DNA from: the human T2T-CHM13v2.0 reference genome, Homo sapiens | Direction: 5' to 3' (one strand) | Assembly (NCBI RefSeq): GCF_009914755.1 | Contig: NC_060947.1 | DNA: 64,000 nt | Shown here: positions 29,373 to 41,100 of the stretch, one piece after another | How positions within the stretch are numbered: the first letter of the stretch is position 1 | How the letters are laid out: every line of letters starts with the position of its first letter | Made by a program: the position numbers and the translations under genes | Notes under the pieces: generated by a model | Told to the model about the DNA's origin: nothing | The model's database searches: none | What the model saw: only the letters and a program-made list of their open reading frames with translations

Positions 29373-31070
29373 CTGAGTTCTCATTACTCATTATTGGCCT
29401 TTCAGGTTTTAGATTTTTTCATGGTTCAATGTTGCTAGGTTCTATGTGTCTAGGAATTTATGCAGTTCTCCTAGGTTATCCAATTTATCGACATATACTT
29501 GCTTATAGCAACCTCTATGAGAAATTTAACCTTAAATTTCTGTGGGATAAGTTGTAATGTCTCCTTTTTCATCTCTGATTTTATTTCTTTTGGTATTATC
29601 CATTTTTTTCTTAGTCTGGCTAAAGGTTTGTCAATTTTGTTTATCTTTACAAAAAACCAACTTTTTATTCCTTTGATCTTTTGCATTGTTACTTCATTTC
29701 AATTTCACTTATCTCTGCTCTGCTCTTTATTATTTCCTTTTCTTCTACTAATTGTGGGTTTTGTTTGCACTGCTTTTCCCACTCTTCCCAATCTCTCCCT
29801 GTGGCTGTCACTGCCCCAGGCCTGTGACAAATACTGCCTGACTACTGCCAATGTTCATTCAAGGTCCAAGGGCCCTTCAGTCAGCTTGTGGTGAATGCTG
29901 CTGGCCTGGGACTCTCCCTTCAAGGCAGTGGGCTCACCTCTGGCCCAGGACAGATCTAGAAATGCCATCCAAAAGCCAAGGCCTGGAACTGGTGACTCCA
30001 CGAGCTCCCACTGTGTCCAAGCTTGTACCTAGGCTGCAAAACAAAGTCTCCTTTACTATTCCCTCTCCTTTTCTCAAAAAGAAGGAGTCCCTCTACACAG
30101 TCAATTCAGCTGGTAATGTGCCTGGTTACATCTAAAGCCAGTACTTCTCTGAGTCCCTCCCAAAGCCGACAGCAAATACTACCTGGGTACTGCTGCTGAT
30201 TATTTGAGGCCCAATGGCTCTTTAGTCAGCAGGTGATTAATCCTGCCTGGACTGGGTCCTTCTCTTCAAGGCCCAGGGTGTATCTAGAAGTGTTGTCTTG
30301 GAGGTAGGTCCTGGAATGAGGGCTTCATGACTCTGCCTGGTGCTCTATCCTACTGTGGCTGTGCTGGTATCCAAGTTGCAAGATAAAGTCATCTTTACTC
30401 TTCCCTCTCCTCTCTTCAAGTAGAAGGAAGGAATGCCTTCCAGATTTGCAAGCTGCACTGCCTGGGTTTGGGGATGAGGTGGTACAAGCACTCCCTTGGC
30501 CACCCCAGCTGGTGTCTCACTAAGCCATGTGTCCCCCTCCAAGGCCACTGGCTCTGAGCCCAGCACACCACCAGGACTTGCCCAGGAATTGACTTCCTGT
30601 GGCCTAGATTGCCTTTCAAGTTTATTTAAAACCCCAGAGCACTTTAGCCTGCAGTGGTGAGGCTTGCCACAACTAAGGTCCCAGTTGCTGGGATGGGTAG
30701 TTCCCCTCTGGCTAGGGCTGGTCTAAATGCTCAATCTATGAGCCACTGTGGTAGGGCAGCACAGAATTCCAATGCAAAGTCCCATGATCACTATGTTCTC
30801 CTTCCCCCAAGTGCACAGATTCTCTTTCCATGCCACGCAGTTGCTGCTGAGGGATGCGGGAGGAGTGGTGTTAGCAATTCAAGACTGTCTCTCCTACCCT
30901 CTTCTGTGCCTCTTTCAGTGATTTGAAGTTAAAACTAGGTACTGTGATCACTCACTTGATTTTTGGTTCTTATGAAGGTGCATTTTTTGTGTGGATAGTT
31001 GTCCAATTTTGTGTTCCTACAGGAAGGACAATCAGTGGAGGCTTCTATTCAGCCATCTTGCTCTGTTTCC
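29373..31070 (-). mobile_element. Second L1MA-type element: 5'UTR joined at ~29775 to an internal ORF2 segment
   Basis: 5' terminus GGAAACAGAGCAAGATGGCTG at ~31050-31070. 5'UTR is homologous to 28213-29372. ORF2 peptide KSWFFVKINKIDKPLARL at 29471-29686. Confidence 0.85.
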
Positions 31071-31399
31071 TCTTTTATGTGTCTTTTTATTTGGAATCCT
31101 ACACTGCCTCAGGGCAAAAAATGCACTAGATAGGCTAAGACACAATGAATGGATATTCAAGCAGCTATACATATAAACTTAAGTTTATATTTCTGGTAGT
31201 ATATATTTATGCCCTGTAAATAAAACGTGTTGATAAATTCTATTTCTCTTGATTTATATAAAAATGCAAAAAATATGATGCATTTATAACTGCAGCATCG
31301 TCAAGTATATTTCTGACTGAAGATGACTCTAAGTAGGTATCAATGAGAACCAAATCCAATGCATACAATTTTACACATCTAACGATTAGAAAGATTGTC

Positions 31400-32010
31400 C
31401 ACAGACAGGCTTCTGGCTACATACATTTCAAATCTTGCTTTTCCCCCACTACTTGCATACTTTGGTGACAAGTAACATGGGGCACACTCAGGTCACAATA
31501 CAATCTCTGGTCTCGTGCATTGGGTCACAACACAGGGTGGCTCAGCACCGTGGACAGTATTCCTGGAAGCCTTTCCTACACCAGAGCAACTAGTCATAAC
31601 ATACACAGAAGTGACTGGTAATCAATAAGTATATTCCACCAATGAACTGTGCGGGTGTCAAAGTGCATGTTCCTGCTGGGAATTTTAAATCTGTATCTTT
31701 CATCTATGAGTAAAGATAATTGAAAGTTATTTTATATCCCCAACTTAACTTTCCCTTAGTTAGATCCCCCAAAAGCCCACAGCTGCTCAAACATCTCTCA
31801 TTTTGAAGGGAAGTGTGATGGAGGGGCTTTTGAAACGGGAAGGGACAACAGTCTTAGTCAACTGTGGTTAAATTATCTCACTTTTTCAAGTTTTACAGAA
31901 AAAAATATGAAGACATCCCCAGGGCTCCTCTCAGCATTCTGGAAGGAACTCATCCAGTAGTGGGTCCTCAGGCTTAAGCTTCATCAGCTTCAGGGTGTTC
32001 CTACTTCTAC
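31400..32010 (-). mobile_element. MER115-like hAT-Tip100 element
   Basis: gggtcctcaggcttaagcttcatcagcttca at ~31962-31992 matches the recalled MER115 terminus in reverse. Left boundary uncertain. Confidence 0.55.
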
Positions 32011-32029
32011 ATATGGGTTTTCTTTATTT

Positions 32030-32250
32030 CCTTATAAAAACTTTGTATTATGGAAATTTTCAAACATATACAGAAGTCATGATGATATATAATTACTCAC
32101 CATATACTTATTACTCAGTTTCAACAACTATCATCTCAGGGCCCTTCCTATTTCCTCCATGACCCTGTCCACTCTTCTCTTCCCTCCCCACACCACAATT
32201 ATTTTGAAACAAACCCTACACTTACATTTCACCTACAATTATTTCTGTAC
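32030..32250 (-). mobile_element. L1MC/ME 3' end fragment
   Basis: tattatggaaattttcaaacatatacagaagt...attattttgaaacaaaccc. Confidence 0.6.
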
Positions 32251-32423
32251 ATACATGTTTAGGTTTATATTTCTTATATGGGGTTTTATGCCAAATCTAT
32301 CAGTGGCCATAATTAAAATGAATGTTTTGACTTTTACAAGAATTATATTTATTTCTACTATTTTCATAACAGGAACCAAATCTATTCAACACTACTCACT
32401 TTTAACATTTACAATAAAGATGA

Positions 32424-32448
32424 GTGCTCACTTTGACAGCACATATAC
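32424..32448 (+). pseudogene. 3'-truncated U6 snRNA retrocopy (U6 nt 1-25)
   Basis: GTGCTCACTTTGACAGCACATATAC vs U6 GTGCTCGCTTCGGCAGCACATATAC (22/25). 15-bp direct repeat TACAATAAAGATGAG at 32410-32424 and 32446-32460. Confidence 0.9.
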
Positions 32449-33139
32449 AATAAAGATGAGATTTCATTTGAACTGACAATGACCTTTTTTTTCACAATAA
32501 GCTGTGAATAAACTTCTGTTCCATGAACCCCCATGTGTTTTATTTTTATGGCTAATAATAGTCGTTAATCAATCATCACACATATATACATACAAATCAC
32601 ACAGAAAGACACATGTAATTTTTCTTCCTGTATCTCACTTCTCTAGCCTAAACTGAACTAGAGTCTTCAATTATGGGTAAAAGTCTGTAAAAAAGGCATT
32701 AGAGAAAGAAATAAGAAAAATACAAAAAAGTCATCTAACCTATTAATAGTTAAAGGAACTTAGGCCACATCCCACCCCACACGTGCAGATTTTTATATCA
32801 CAGTTTGTTTGTTATTATATCACCATCATTACATGTCATGCCATTTTCATACATCATAAAGGATACATAAAATAAAAATATTTTAAAATCTAATTACTAG
32901 CATTTTAGTCAAAGTTGAGAGAAGGAATTTAAGTTGGTACCTTTAGTTCAAGGAGAAATTTATATGATTTCACTATTCTCACTAGTAAAATAAAGTCCGT
33001 TGGGACACACTGCCTTAGGGAATTTTCCTTTAGAACCATAAAGGCTCCAACATGCGAAAAAAAAAATAGTATTTTAATATGTTAGAGAGCATTGGTATGT
33101 GCCTTGGCTCAGGAATTGCTCTGATATTGAAGAGTTGTG

Positions 33140-33650
33140 ATAAATTCCTTCGCAATTTCAGAGTATACCCTAGGCTTGAATCCAAGAATTCTGGGGTAAA
33201 CAAGACAAGCATGGTTCCTACCTTCTCAGAACTTATGATCTACTGAAACAGACCACCATGCGAGGAAGCACAATAAAATGTGGCAGTTACTACAGCAGAG
33301 TGATTACAGGGGCTTTGGTAGTGCAGAGTAAAGGAGATGAATCAGGGGTGACCTGGGAAGTGATTAAGGTGATGAAGCTGAGACTCAGGGTATTATTGTT
33401 GAGATTTCATTTTAGTGAAAGGATAGCTCTGTGCAGAGGGGAGGAGAGATGAGAGGAGACAATGTCAGGGCAGGAAGAACAGGTATAAGACTACTGCCAT
33501 GAGTATGGGCAAGGGAAGGTGGCACCCCACACCAGGGCAGTGGCAAGGAAAATGGGAAGAAGTGGACAGATTCGAGAGCCATTTCAGAGTTAACATCCAC
33601 GAAGTTTAGTGACGGATTAGTAGGAGTGGGAAGAAAACAGGGAGTACTGG
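33140..33650 (-). mobile_element. L2 fragments
   Basis: aacaagacaagcatggttcctaccttctcagaactta...gaagaagtggacagattcgagagccattt. Confidence 0.55.
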
Positions 33651-34789
33651 ATATGTGTCCTAGAAGGGAAAGTGGCAATTTTTGTTGTGTGAAGTTGGAC
33701 AAGGAGTTAAGCTATTTGACTTGTATATTCCTATTTCAGTTGATTCTCCAGAGACAGACAAACATCTCAAAGTAGAGCTCAGCATTGCACTTCATGAAAT
33801 TTTGAAGAATGTGTGCAAGTGGTGTAATTACTGTTATAATTTAATGGGGCTGCTTTGTGCCTTGAAAGCTAGGAAGCAAGCATGCCTTTGTGTGTTCAAA
33901 ATGCTAATTGAATTATCTCTGACTTTAGTTTATGTTCCTTAAGTACAAACTCTTAAGTCAGGCCAAAGGGATCACAGCTATGTTGTACCATACTTAACTA
34001 CCTTTTTTATAAGCAAGGATTTTTATTCCAAAAATAAACAGAGGCATACTGACATAAACCCATAAAGTATGTGGGCTGGTACTTTAAAGAACTATGTATT
34101 TGCACAAGGACCAGGAGAGCTTTCTTAAAAGGGACCAGGTCCTGGGAATTCTCTCTAAAAGTGATTTATTTCTGTCAACATTCTTCTTCAATTTAAACAT
34201 ACACATTCACATATATTTAAATTCCTCCAGACATTTGAGTTTAAAGTTTTACTCCTGATCTACTGAGTAAATACCTTTAGCAAATAGGCAATAAATTAAG
34301 TGAAGGCAGCTTTCTTTTTGAATATACCTTCCTCATACAAATCTCCATCTAAACACCTAAAGATTTGATAATATTTATTTCAAGATATTTCCTATATTTA
34401 TATATGTATTATGTGTGTATATATATAACATATATATTAGAAAACGATGGAAATGTCTAAAATTTGCTGTTTTTTTCTCACAGAAGAGTTTTCTTCAGCT
34501 TTCTGACAATGTAGATTTCAAACTTTATAGATGTATTTATAGAATCATTTTCAACAAACATTTGTTAAACACCTACTCTATATAGGTGGATGCGCTAGTG
34601 TATGTCAATGTGTATCATTACCATAATAAGTCAATTGTCAAAAAAATCAGACAACTTAACTGACAAATAATAATATTAAACAACCTCATGGCCACAAATG
34701 GAAACAGACTTAGGTGAACACTTTCTACCTTTCTAGTTTATTTAGAGGACAACTAAGAACAAAAACAATCATTTACAAAGCTTGTTCCC

Positions 34790-35497
34790 ACACCAGTTAG
34801 AATGGCGATCATTAAAAAGTCAGGAAACAACAGGTGCTGGCGAGGATATGGAGAAATAGGAACACTTTTACACTGTTGGGGGGACTGTAAACTAGTTCAA
34901 CCATTGTGGAGGTCAGTGTGGCGATTCCTCAGGGATCTAGAACTAGAAATACCATTTGACCCAGCCATCCCATTACTGGGTATATATCCAGAGGATTATA
35001 AACCATGCTGCTATAAAGACACATGCACATGTATGTTTATTGCGGCACTATTCACAATAGCAAAGACTTGGAACCAACCCAAATGTCCAACAATGATAGA
35101 CTGGATTAAGAAAATGTGGCACATATACACCATGGAATACTATGCAGCCATAAAAAATGATGAGTTCATGTCCTTTGTAGGGACATGGATGAAACTGGAA
35201 ACCATCATTCTCAGCACACTATCGCAAGGACAAAAAACCGAACACTGCATGTTCTCACTCATAGGTGGGAATTGAAGAATGAGAACACATGGACACAGGA
35301 AGGGGAACATCACACACCGGGGCCTGTTGTGGGGTGGGGGGAGGGGGAGGGATAGCATTGGGAGATATACCTAATGTTAAATGACGAGTTAATGGGTGCA
35401 GCACACCAACATGGCACATGTATGCATATGTAACTAACCTGCACGTTGTGCACATGTACCCTAAAACTTAAAGTATAATAAAAAAAATTTTAAAAAA
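34790..35497 (+). mobile_element. 5'-truncated young L1 (L1PA3-like) with 13-bp TSD
   Basis: ORF2 C-terminus (34802-35275, [15 protein letters not shown]...SLIGGN), G-rich 3'UTR tract and A-tail. TSD AAAGCTTGTTCCC at 34777-34789 and 35498-35510. Confidence 0.95.
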
Positions 35498-36719
35498 AAA
35501 GCTTGTTCCCTAGTGAATCATAACAGGAATCGTCCATTCTACAACCCTGACAATACATTTTCCATAGAATTCTGATAATCATCTTCAACAAAAAGATATT
35601 GTACATGGCCAGTGCCACAAATCAAGTTATTTCACATCCCAGGTTATTACTGAGTGCCCAGAAAGTCTTTACATTATTTATATTTTCTGTAAAATAATAT
35701 TTAGTTCCCAGTAGGAGGTAACTTTGCATTAAATGATGTAACAGCACTTTGGAATATATATCCTATTAGTGTGTATCATATTAGTACATTATCCCTAATA
35801 CAAAAATTTCATCTGTTAGTTTAATGGAAAGCTTTACTTTCTCCTCACTTATAACTTACAGAAAGACATATTGAACAAGTTAGTTATGTCAATACATGTC
35901 TGTTAAGCTGAATTCCAAAAGGACCGGAAGAATTTCTTAAAATGCTCTGCTTACACTGCTGCTGCATTAATATCGCTGACCCTATTAAAAACATACATGG
36001 ACAGTTCTGTATTTGTAACATTTTGTATGATTTAAATGACAAGGTACCATAAAAGGGAGCCAAAATAGGTGTTTTGATGTTTCAAAAGTGATTCTCTGGG
36101 GCAGAGTGAGAGTGATTGTCCAGTTAATTTGAAAGTGATTGCCCTTTAAACCTGAGTTGGGAGACCATCATCATCCAGAATAGAGTGAATTTTGTTGTGT
36201 AGTTGTTCTTCAAACCTTGAGGTGCCAAGGAATCTTGCTGGTGTGAAGACTGGTTCATAAAAGCAGAAATCGCCCTGAGATGTGGTGAACTTGACCTTGT
36301 GACTTGACCTTTCAGTCAAACAGCCCACCATACAACAAACAGCTGTCCCAATAACACAGCGCTTTGGCTCTCCCTTTACTACTCAATGAAATGTCATAGA
36401 GAGAACTTCTTACCTAGTTCCAAGGTTTGTTCCTCGGTTCCTGCTCCATCCCTGCCTTTACCCAGCTTCAAACATCTGGTCTCCACTTTCTGTCTTCTGC
36501 TTCCGGTCCTGCACCTGCACTTTGGGAGATGTGGACACTTAGATTTTTGGCACCTTGTCTTAGATATGGTTTGAACTCACTCTGGTACCCATGAATCTGG
36601 CTACCCCTCCACTCAAACTCTGGTCTCCAGGAGTTCTCTGCCTGACTAGTGTATCCATCAGACTCAACCCTGCCCAGACAGAGCAGAACAAACAGTCTGC
36701 CCTCTGTCCTGTGAAGGTA

Positions 36720-37131
36720 CTTTATCAGTCAATCAGGAGAGGCTTGGGGATGCTTCTGTGACCAACAGCTCCAAAGTCTTCTGCAGTCTAAAGCAAAGGT
36801 TTACATTTGACTTATTCTATGGGCCCACCATGAGCCAGCTGTGACTCTGCTCCAAATCACCCTCACTTAGAGGCTCCTCTTCTTGGAACTTCACTGGTCA
36901 CATTAACATGAGGAAGAAAGTATATTGTACTGCAAACCAGTTCTTAAAGACTTGCCCGGAAGCAAATTGCATTGCAAACCAGTTCTTAAAGACTTGCCCA
37001 GAAGTGATACATTTCCAGTCACAATTAATTGGCCAATGCATCACATAGGCATGCTTCATGTCAGGACGCACAGAAGATCCCACTCAAAGACAGGAGAACC
37101 AAAGATATTGCTGAATAATATTAACTTCTAC
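36720..37131 (-). mobile_element. Old MaLR LTR (MLT1I/J-like), interrupted by MER41B
   Basis: gtgactctgctcca...cttgcccagaagtgatacattt...attggccaatgcatcacatagg. Confidence 0.55.
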
Positions 37132-37777
37132 TGTTACCAGAAAGGGGTCCTGATCTAGACCCCAAGAGAGGGTTCTTGGATCTTGTGCAAGAAAGGATTT
37201 GGGGTGAATCCATAGAGTAAAGTGAAAGCAAGTTTATTAGAGAAATAAAGAAACAACAGAATGCTTACTTCTTAGGCAGAGCAGCCCTGAGGGTTGCTGG
37301 TTAGCTATTTTTATGGTTATTTCTTGATTGTATGCTAAACAAGGGGTGGATTATTCATGAGTTTTCCAGGAAAGGGGTGGGGAATTCCTGGAACTAAGAG
37401 TTCCTCCCCTTTTTAGACTACATAAGTTAACTTCCAAGCATTGCTATGGCATTTGTGAACTGTCATGGTGCTGGTAGGAGTGTCTTGTAGCATGTTAATG
37501 CAATATAATTAACATATAATGAGCAGTGAGGATGACCAGAGGCCACTTTCATTGCCATCTTGGTTTTGGTGGGTTTTGGCTGGCTTCTTTACTGTATCCT
37601 GTTTTATCAGCAGGGTCTTTGTGACCTGTATCTAGTGATACCAGTCCTGCCAACCTCCTATCTCGTCCTGTGACTAAGAATGCCTAAGGTCCTGAGAATG
37701 CAGCCCAGTGGGTCTCAGCCTTATTTTACCCAGCCCCTATTCAAGATGGAGCCACTCTGGTTTGAACGCCTCTGACA
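37132..37777 (-). mobile_element. MER41B solo LTR (ERV1), 646 bp
   Basis: Minus strand starts TGTCAGAGGCGTTCAAACCAGAGTGGCTCCATCTTGAATAGG and ends ...GGACCCCTTTCTGGTAACA. TSD CTAC/CCAC. Confidence 0.9.
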
Positions 37778-38004
37778 CCACCACAGGCACCAATTTTTAA
37801 GCCAAAATTTTCCAACCTTTTGTTCATGGAACTGAAATAGACCACAGTATTGGCTGCTTAGATCTGTTAGCTCTCATGAAAACCCAAAGAAAGCTTTAAC
37901 TTAATGTTTAATTAGGACATAAGAGGGATTGACTGAGAAGAAATAAATTCTTCCTAGAAAAACTTCTCCTGGAACAACAACAGTCATTTGTAGCAATATA
38001 TTAA

Positions 38005-38195
38005 TAATGACAGCTAACGTTACATTTATCAGGCATTTGCTATGCACCAAGTATACTTTTAAGCACTTTATATATATTAACTCATTTAATCATCCAGCAA
38101 TCCCATGATGTAAGTACTCTTTTGATTCTTGTTTTATAAACAAGGAAACTAAGTCACAGTGATGTTTAGTAATGTGCTCAGGGTCAACAGCTCTC
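38005..38195 (-). mobile_element. MIR SINE
   Basis: acagctaac...taagcactttatatatattaactcatttaatc...aaggaaactaagtcacag. Confidence 0.75.
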
Positions 38196-38399
38196 ATGGT
38201 TTACTGGTTGCTAATTTAACCCTTAAATTATCAGCATAAATGTATAATGTGGTTGGTTCTTCTGATAACTCCACTCTACACTGGGTCATTGTGAACATCT
38301 TGGCTTGTTATTTTTAAAGCAATGTCTTTCTCCAGGCTTCAGTAGACAACATTTCTGGCACATTTCAAGAAGGAATGGACTGGGTAAAAATGTGCAGTA

Positions 38400-38808
38400 C
38401 TTCCACTTCTGGCTAGAATGTAGAAAGTCACAAGACAGCATCATTCTCACCCTAACCACCAAAACAAGCCTGATGAGCTACAAAATCTAAGTTTTATAAA
38501 ATTCACCAGAGAGTGGAGGAGGCAAAGAAACATAAATCAACATGGTTCCGGAAAACAGTGAGCCTCTCATAGGTGAGAAGACGGCCCTAATTGTTCTCAA
38601 TCTGAGCAAAATGATGGGTGGAGAAGAAATCCACCATGGAAGAGAACAAGGAGAAACTAGGCAAAATTTTAACAAAAGTTTAATGGTCACATGTGATCTG
38701 GTGTGACAGATGAGAATGCTAAGGAGCTCAGCCACAGGGTCTGCACTGACCCATCAAATCATTCCCATAGGCTGTCACCAAATGCTCAGGGTATTGTGCC
38801 AAAGGCTG
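38400..38808 (+). mobile_element. Old L1M 5'-end fragment
   Basis: acttccacttctggctagaatgtagaaag start is typical of old L1M 5' ends. Confidence 0.45.
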
Positions 38809-39224
38809 TGTTTTGGACTGTTTTTGCATTGCTATAAAGAAATACCTGAGACTGAATAATTTATAAGAAAAAGGGGTTAATTGGCTCATGGTTCTGCAGG
38901 CTATATAGGAAACATAATGGTATCTGCTTCTGAGGTGGCCTCAGGAAGTTTATAATCATGGCAAAAGGCAAAGGGGGAGCAGGCACATCACATGGCCAGA
39001 GCAGAAGCAAGAGAGTGATGAGAGAGATGCCACACACTTGTAAACGACCAGATCTCACAAGAAGTCACTCACTATTGTGAGGACAGTACCAAGAAGATGG
39101 TGATAAACCATTCATGAGCAATCCGCCCCCATGATCCAATCACCTCCCACCAGGCCCCATCTCCAACATTGGAGATTACAGTTCAACATGTGATTTGGGT
39201 GGGGACAACATCCAAACTATATCA
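38809..39224 (-). mobile_element. MaLR solo LTR (MSTB-like)
   Basis: ttgcattgctataaagaaatacctgagactg...CATCCAAACTATATCA. TSD GGCTG/AGCTG. Confidence 0.88.
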
Positions 39225-39399
39225 AGCTGGGATAGGTAGAAAAAAGATACACCCGTGAGATAAATGAGGACTTTCCTAAGTGCAAGGCAGCCATGTCCAA
39301 AAACAGAACTGAAAACTCCAGAAAGCACATCTGAGGCACTCTAGGCTCTGAGGTACTGAAGGCATAGGTAAGTTGAGAGAAATCTATCTGTGATACTCC

Positions 39400-40370
39400 C
39401 ACAAGTCAACAACAGAAAGACAACCCAATAAAAATGGGCAAAAGAGTTACTCAAACAGATACATCACAAAACAAGATTGTATGAAAGACAAATAAGTACA
39501 CAAAATAGTGGCCAATATCTTTAGTTACCAGATAAATGCAAATTAAACCAAAATGTAAAAGACCGACAACATCAAATATTGGTGAGAATAGGAAGCAACT
39601 AGAACTCTTGTGCATTTCTATTTACAGTGTAGGCTGGGCACAGTGGCTAATGCCTATAATCCTAGCACTTTGGGAGGCTGAGACAGGAGGAACACTTGAG
39701 CCTAGGAGTTCGAGGCTGCAGTTCCAGGGCAACACAGCAAGATCCTTCTCTAAAAAAATAATTTTAAAAACCCACTAATTAAAAATGTTAAAATTCTAAG
39801 TCAGAGTATGAAATAGTACAACCAATTTGAAGAACTGTTTGGCAGTTTCTAATAGTTAAACAAACATCTTCCCTAAGACCCAGCAATTCCACTCCTAGAC
39901 AACTACTGTAGCTGAATGAAAATGCATGTTCATGAAAAGACTTATTTACTAATGATCGAAACTGTCTTATGCATAATAGCTCAAAACTGGAGATTACCTA
40001 TATGCTCACCTATGTGTAAGTGGATAAAACTTTGTTCATACAATTGAATACTATTCAGCAATAAAAAATATAAATTACTCATACACCCCCAAAGATGGAC
40101 GTTTCTCAGAAACATGCTGAGTGAAAGAAGTCAAACAGAAGAGTATATATGTATGAATCCATTTATATGAAGTTCTAGAACTGCCAAAATAATATATGAT
40201 GATAGAAATTAAAACAGTAATTGAAGTGACCCAAAAGGGGCCAAGAGACACTTCTGGTGTGGTAGAAATGTTATCTGGTTTCGGATGGTTAGTACATACA
40301 GTTTTCAAAACTTAACTGAAACAAAGTTTTGTGCAATTTATTGAAGTATAATTATACCTCGGTTTTTAAC
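39400..40370 (+). mobile_element. L1ME ORF2 end/3'UTR
   Basis: caacccaataaaaatgggcaaaaga...gacccagcaattccactcctag...atgctgagtgaaagaagtcaaaca. Confidence 0.75.
39632..39770 (+). mobile_element. Alu monomer (FLAM/FAM/AluJ-like)
   Basis: GGCTGGGCACAGTGGCT...GGAGTTCGAGGCTGCAGT...TCTCT followed by an A-rich tail. Confidence 0.85.
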
Positions 40371-40935
40371 TGTACATGGTCAAATATCGCTATTTCAGAA
40401 TATTGAGAATGAGTCAGCTCCAAATTCAGTCCATGATACAAGAGTTAAAAGCCAGGTCCTGCAAGCCACCCAAGGTCAATATTTTTAAAATCATACTACT
40501 TTTCTTATTCATAGCATTTAATGGACAGCTACAGACAAGACAGGGCTTGCTATAAAAAGGGCACAATCCCATACTTAATGAGTGATCTTTTCCTTTTAGC
40601 TGTCTCTAGCCAGTGTTATCTCATGTTGATTCACCCAAAACCTGCTGATGTGTCACTGCTATAATCTTTCAGTGTCAGCCTATAATTGTTTAGGGTCAGC
40701 CTTTAATTCATTGGGGATTCCTACTCTAACCACGCAGAGCTTATCGACTGTATGGCTGGTGAGAGCTCTACCATTAACTGCTGGACTGTTTCATTATTGC
40801 CACTTCTGATCTCAAGTTCTCTATATAAGTCTATGCAAACACTTTCCTGTGAGGGTCCTTTGACATACTCCAAACTGACTACAGGTGACTGTAAGTGAGA
40901 ACAAGAACATCTCCTAGTCTTAACACTGCCTAAAA

Positions 40936-41100
40936 TAGCACTTCTCACACTTTAATGCGCATACAAATCACCAAGGAATCTTGTTAAAATTAAAATCCTG
41001 ATTCAATAGGTCCAGAGTGGAGCCCAAGGTTCTGCATTTCCAACAAGCTCACAGGTAACGGGGCAATGCTGTTCCATGGGCCACATTTTGAGTTGTGAGG
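40936..41100. mobile_element. MER5B-like MITE
   Basis: cttctcacactttaatgcgcatacaaatcacc...ctgcatttccaacaagctc...ccacattttgagt. Confidence 0.75.

Noticed and set aside
36924-37007. Direct repeats here and at 54156-54320 and 59666-59705 as CRISPR-like arrays
   Set aside because: Only two copies each, no spacer series, no cas genes, and eukaryotic context.
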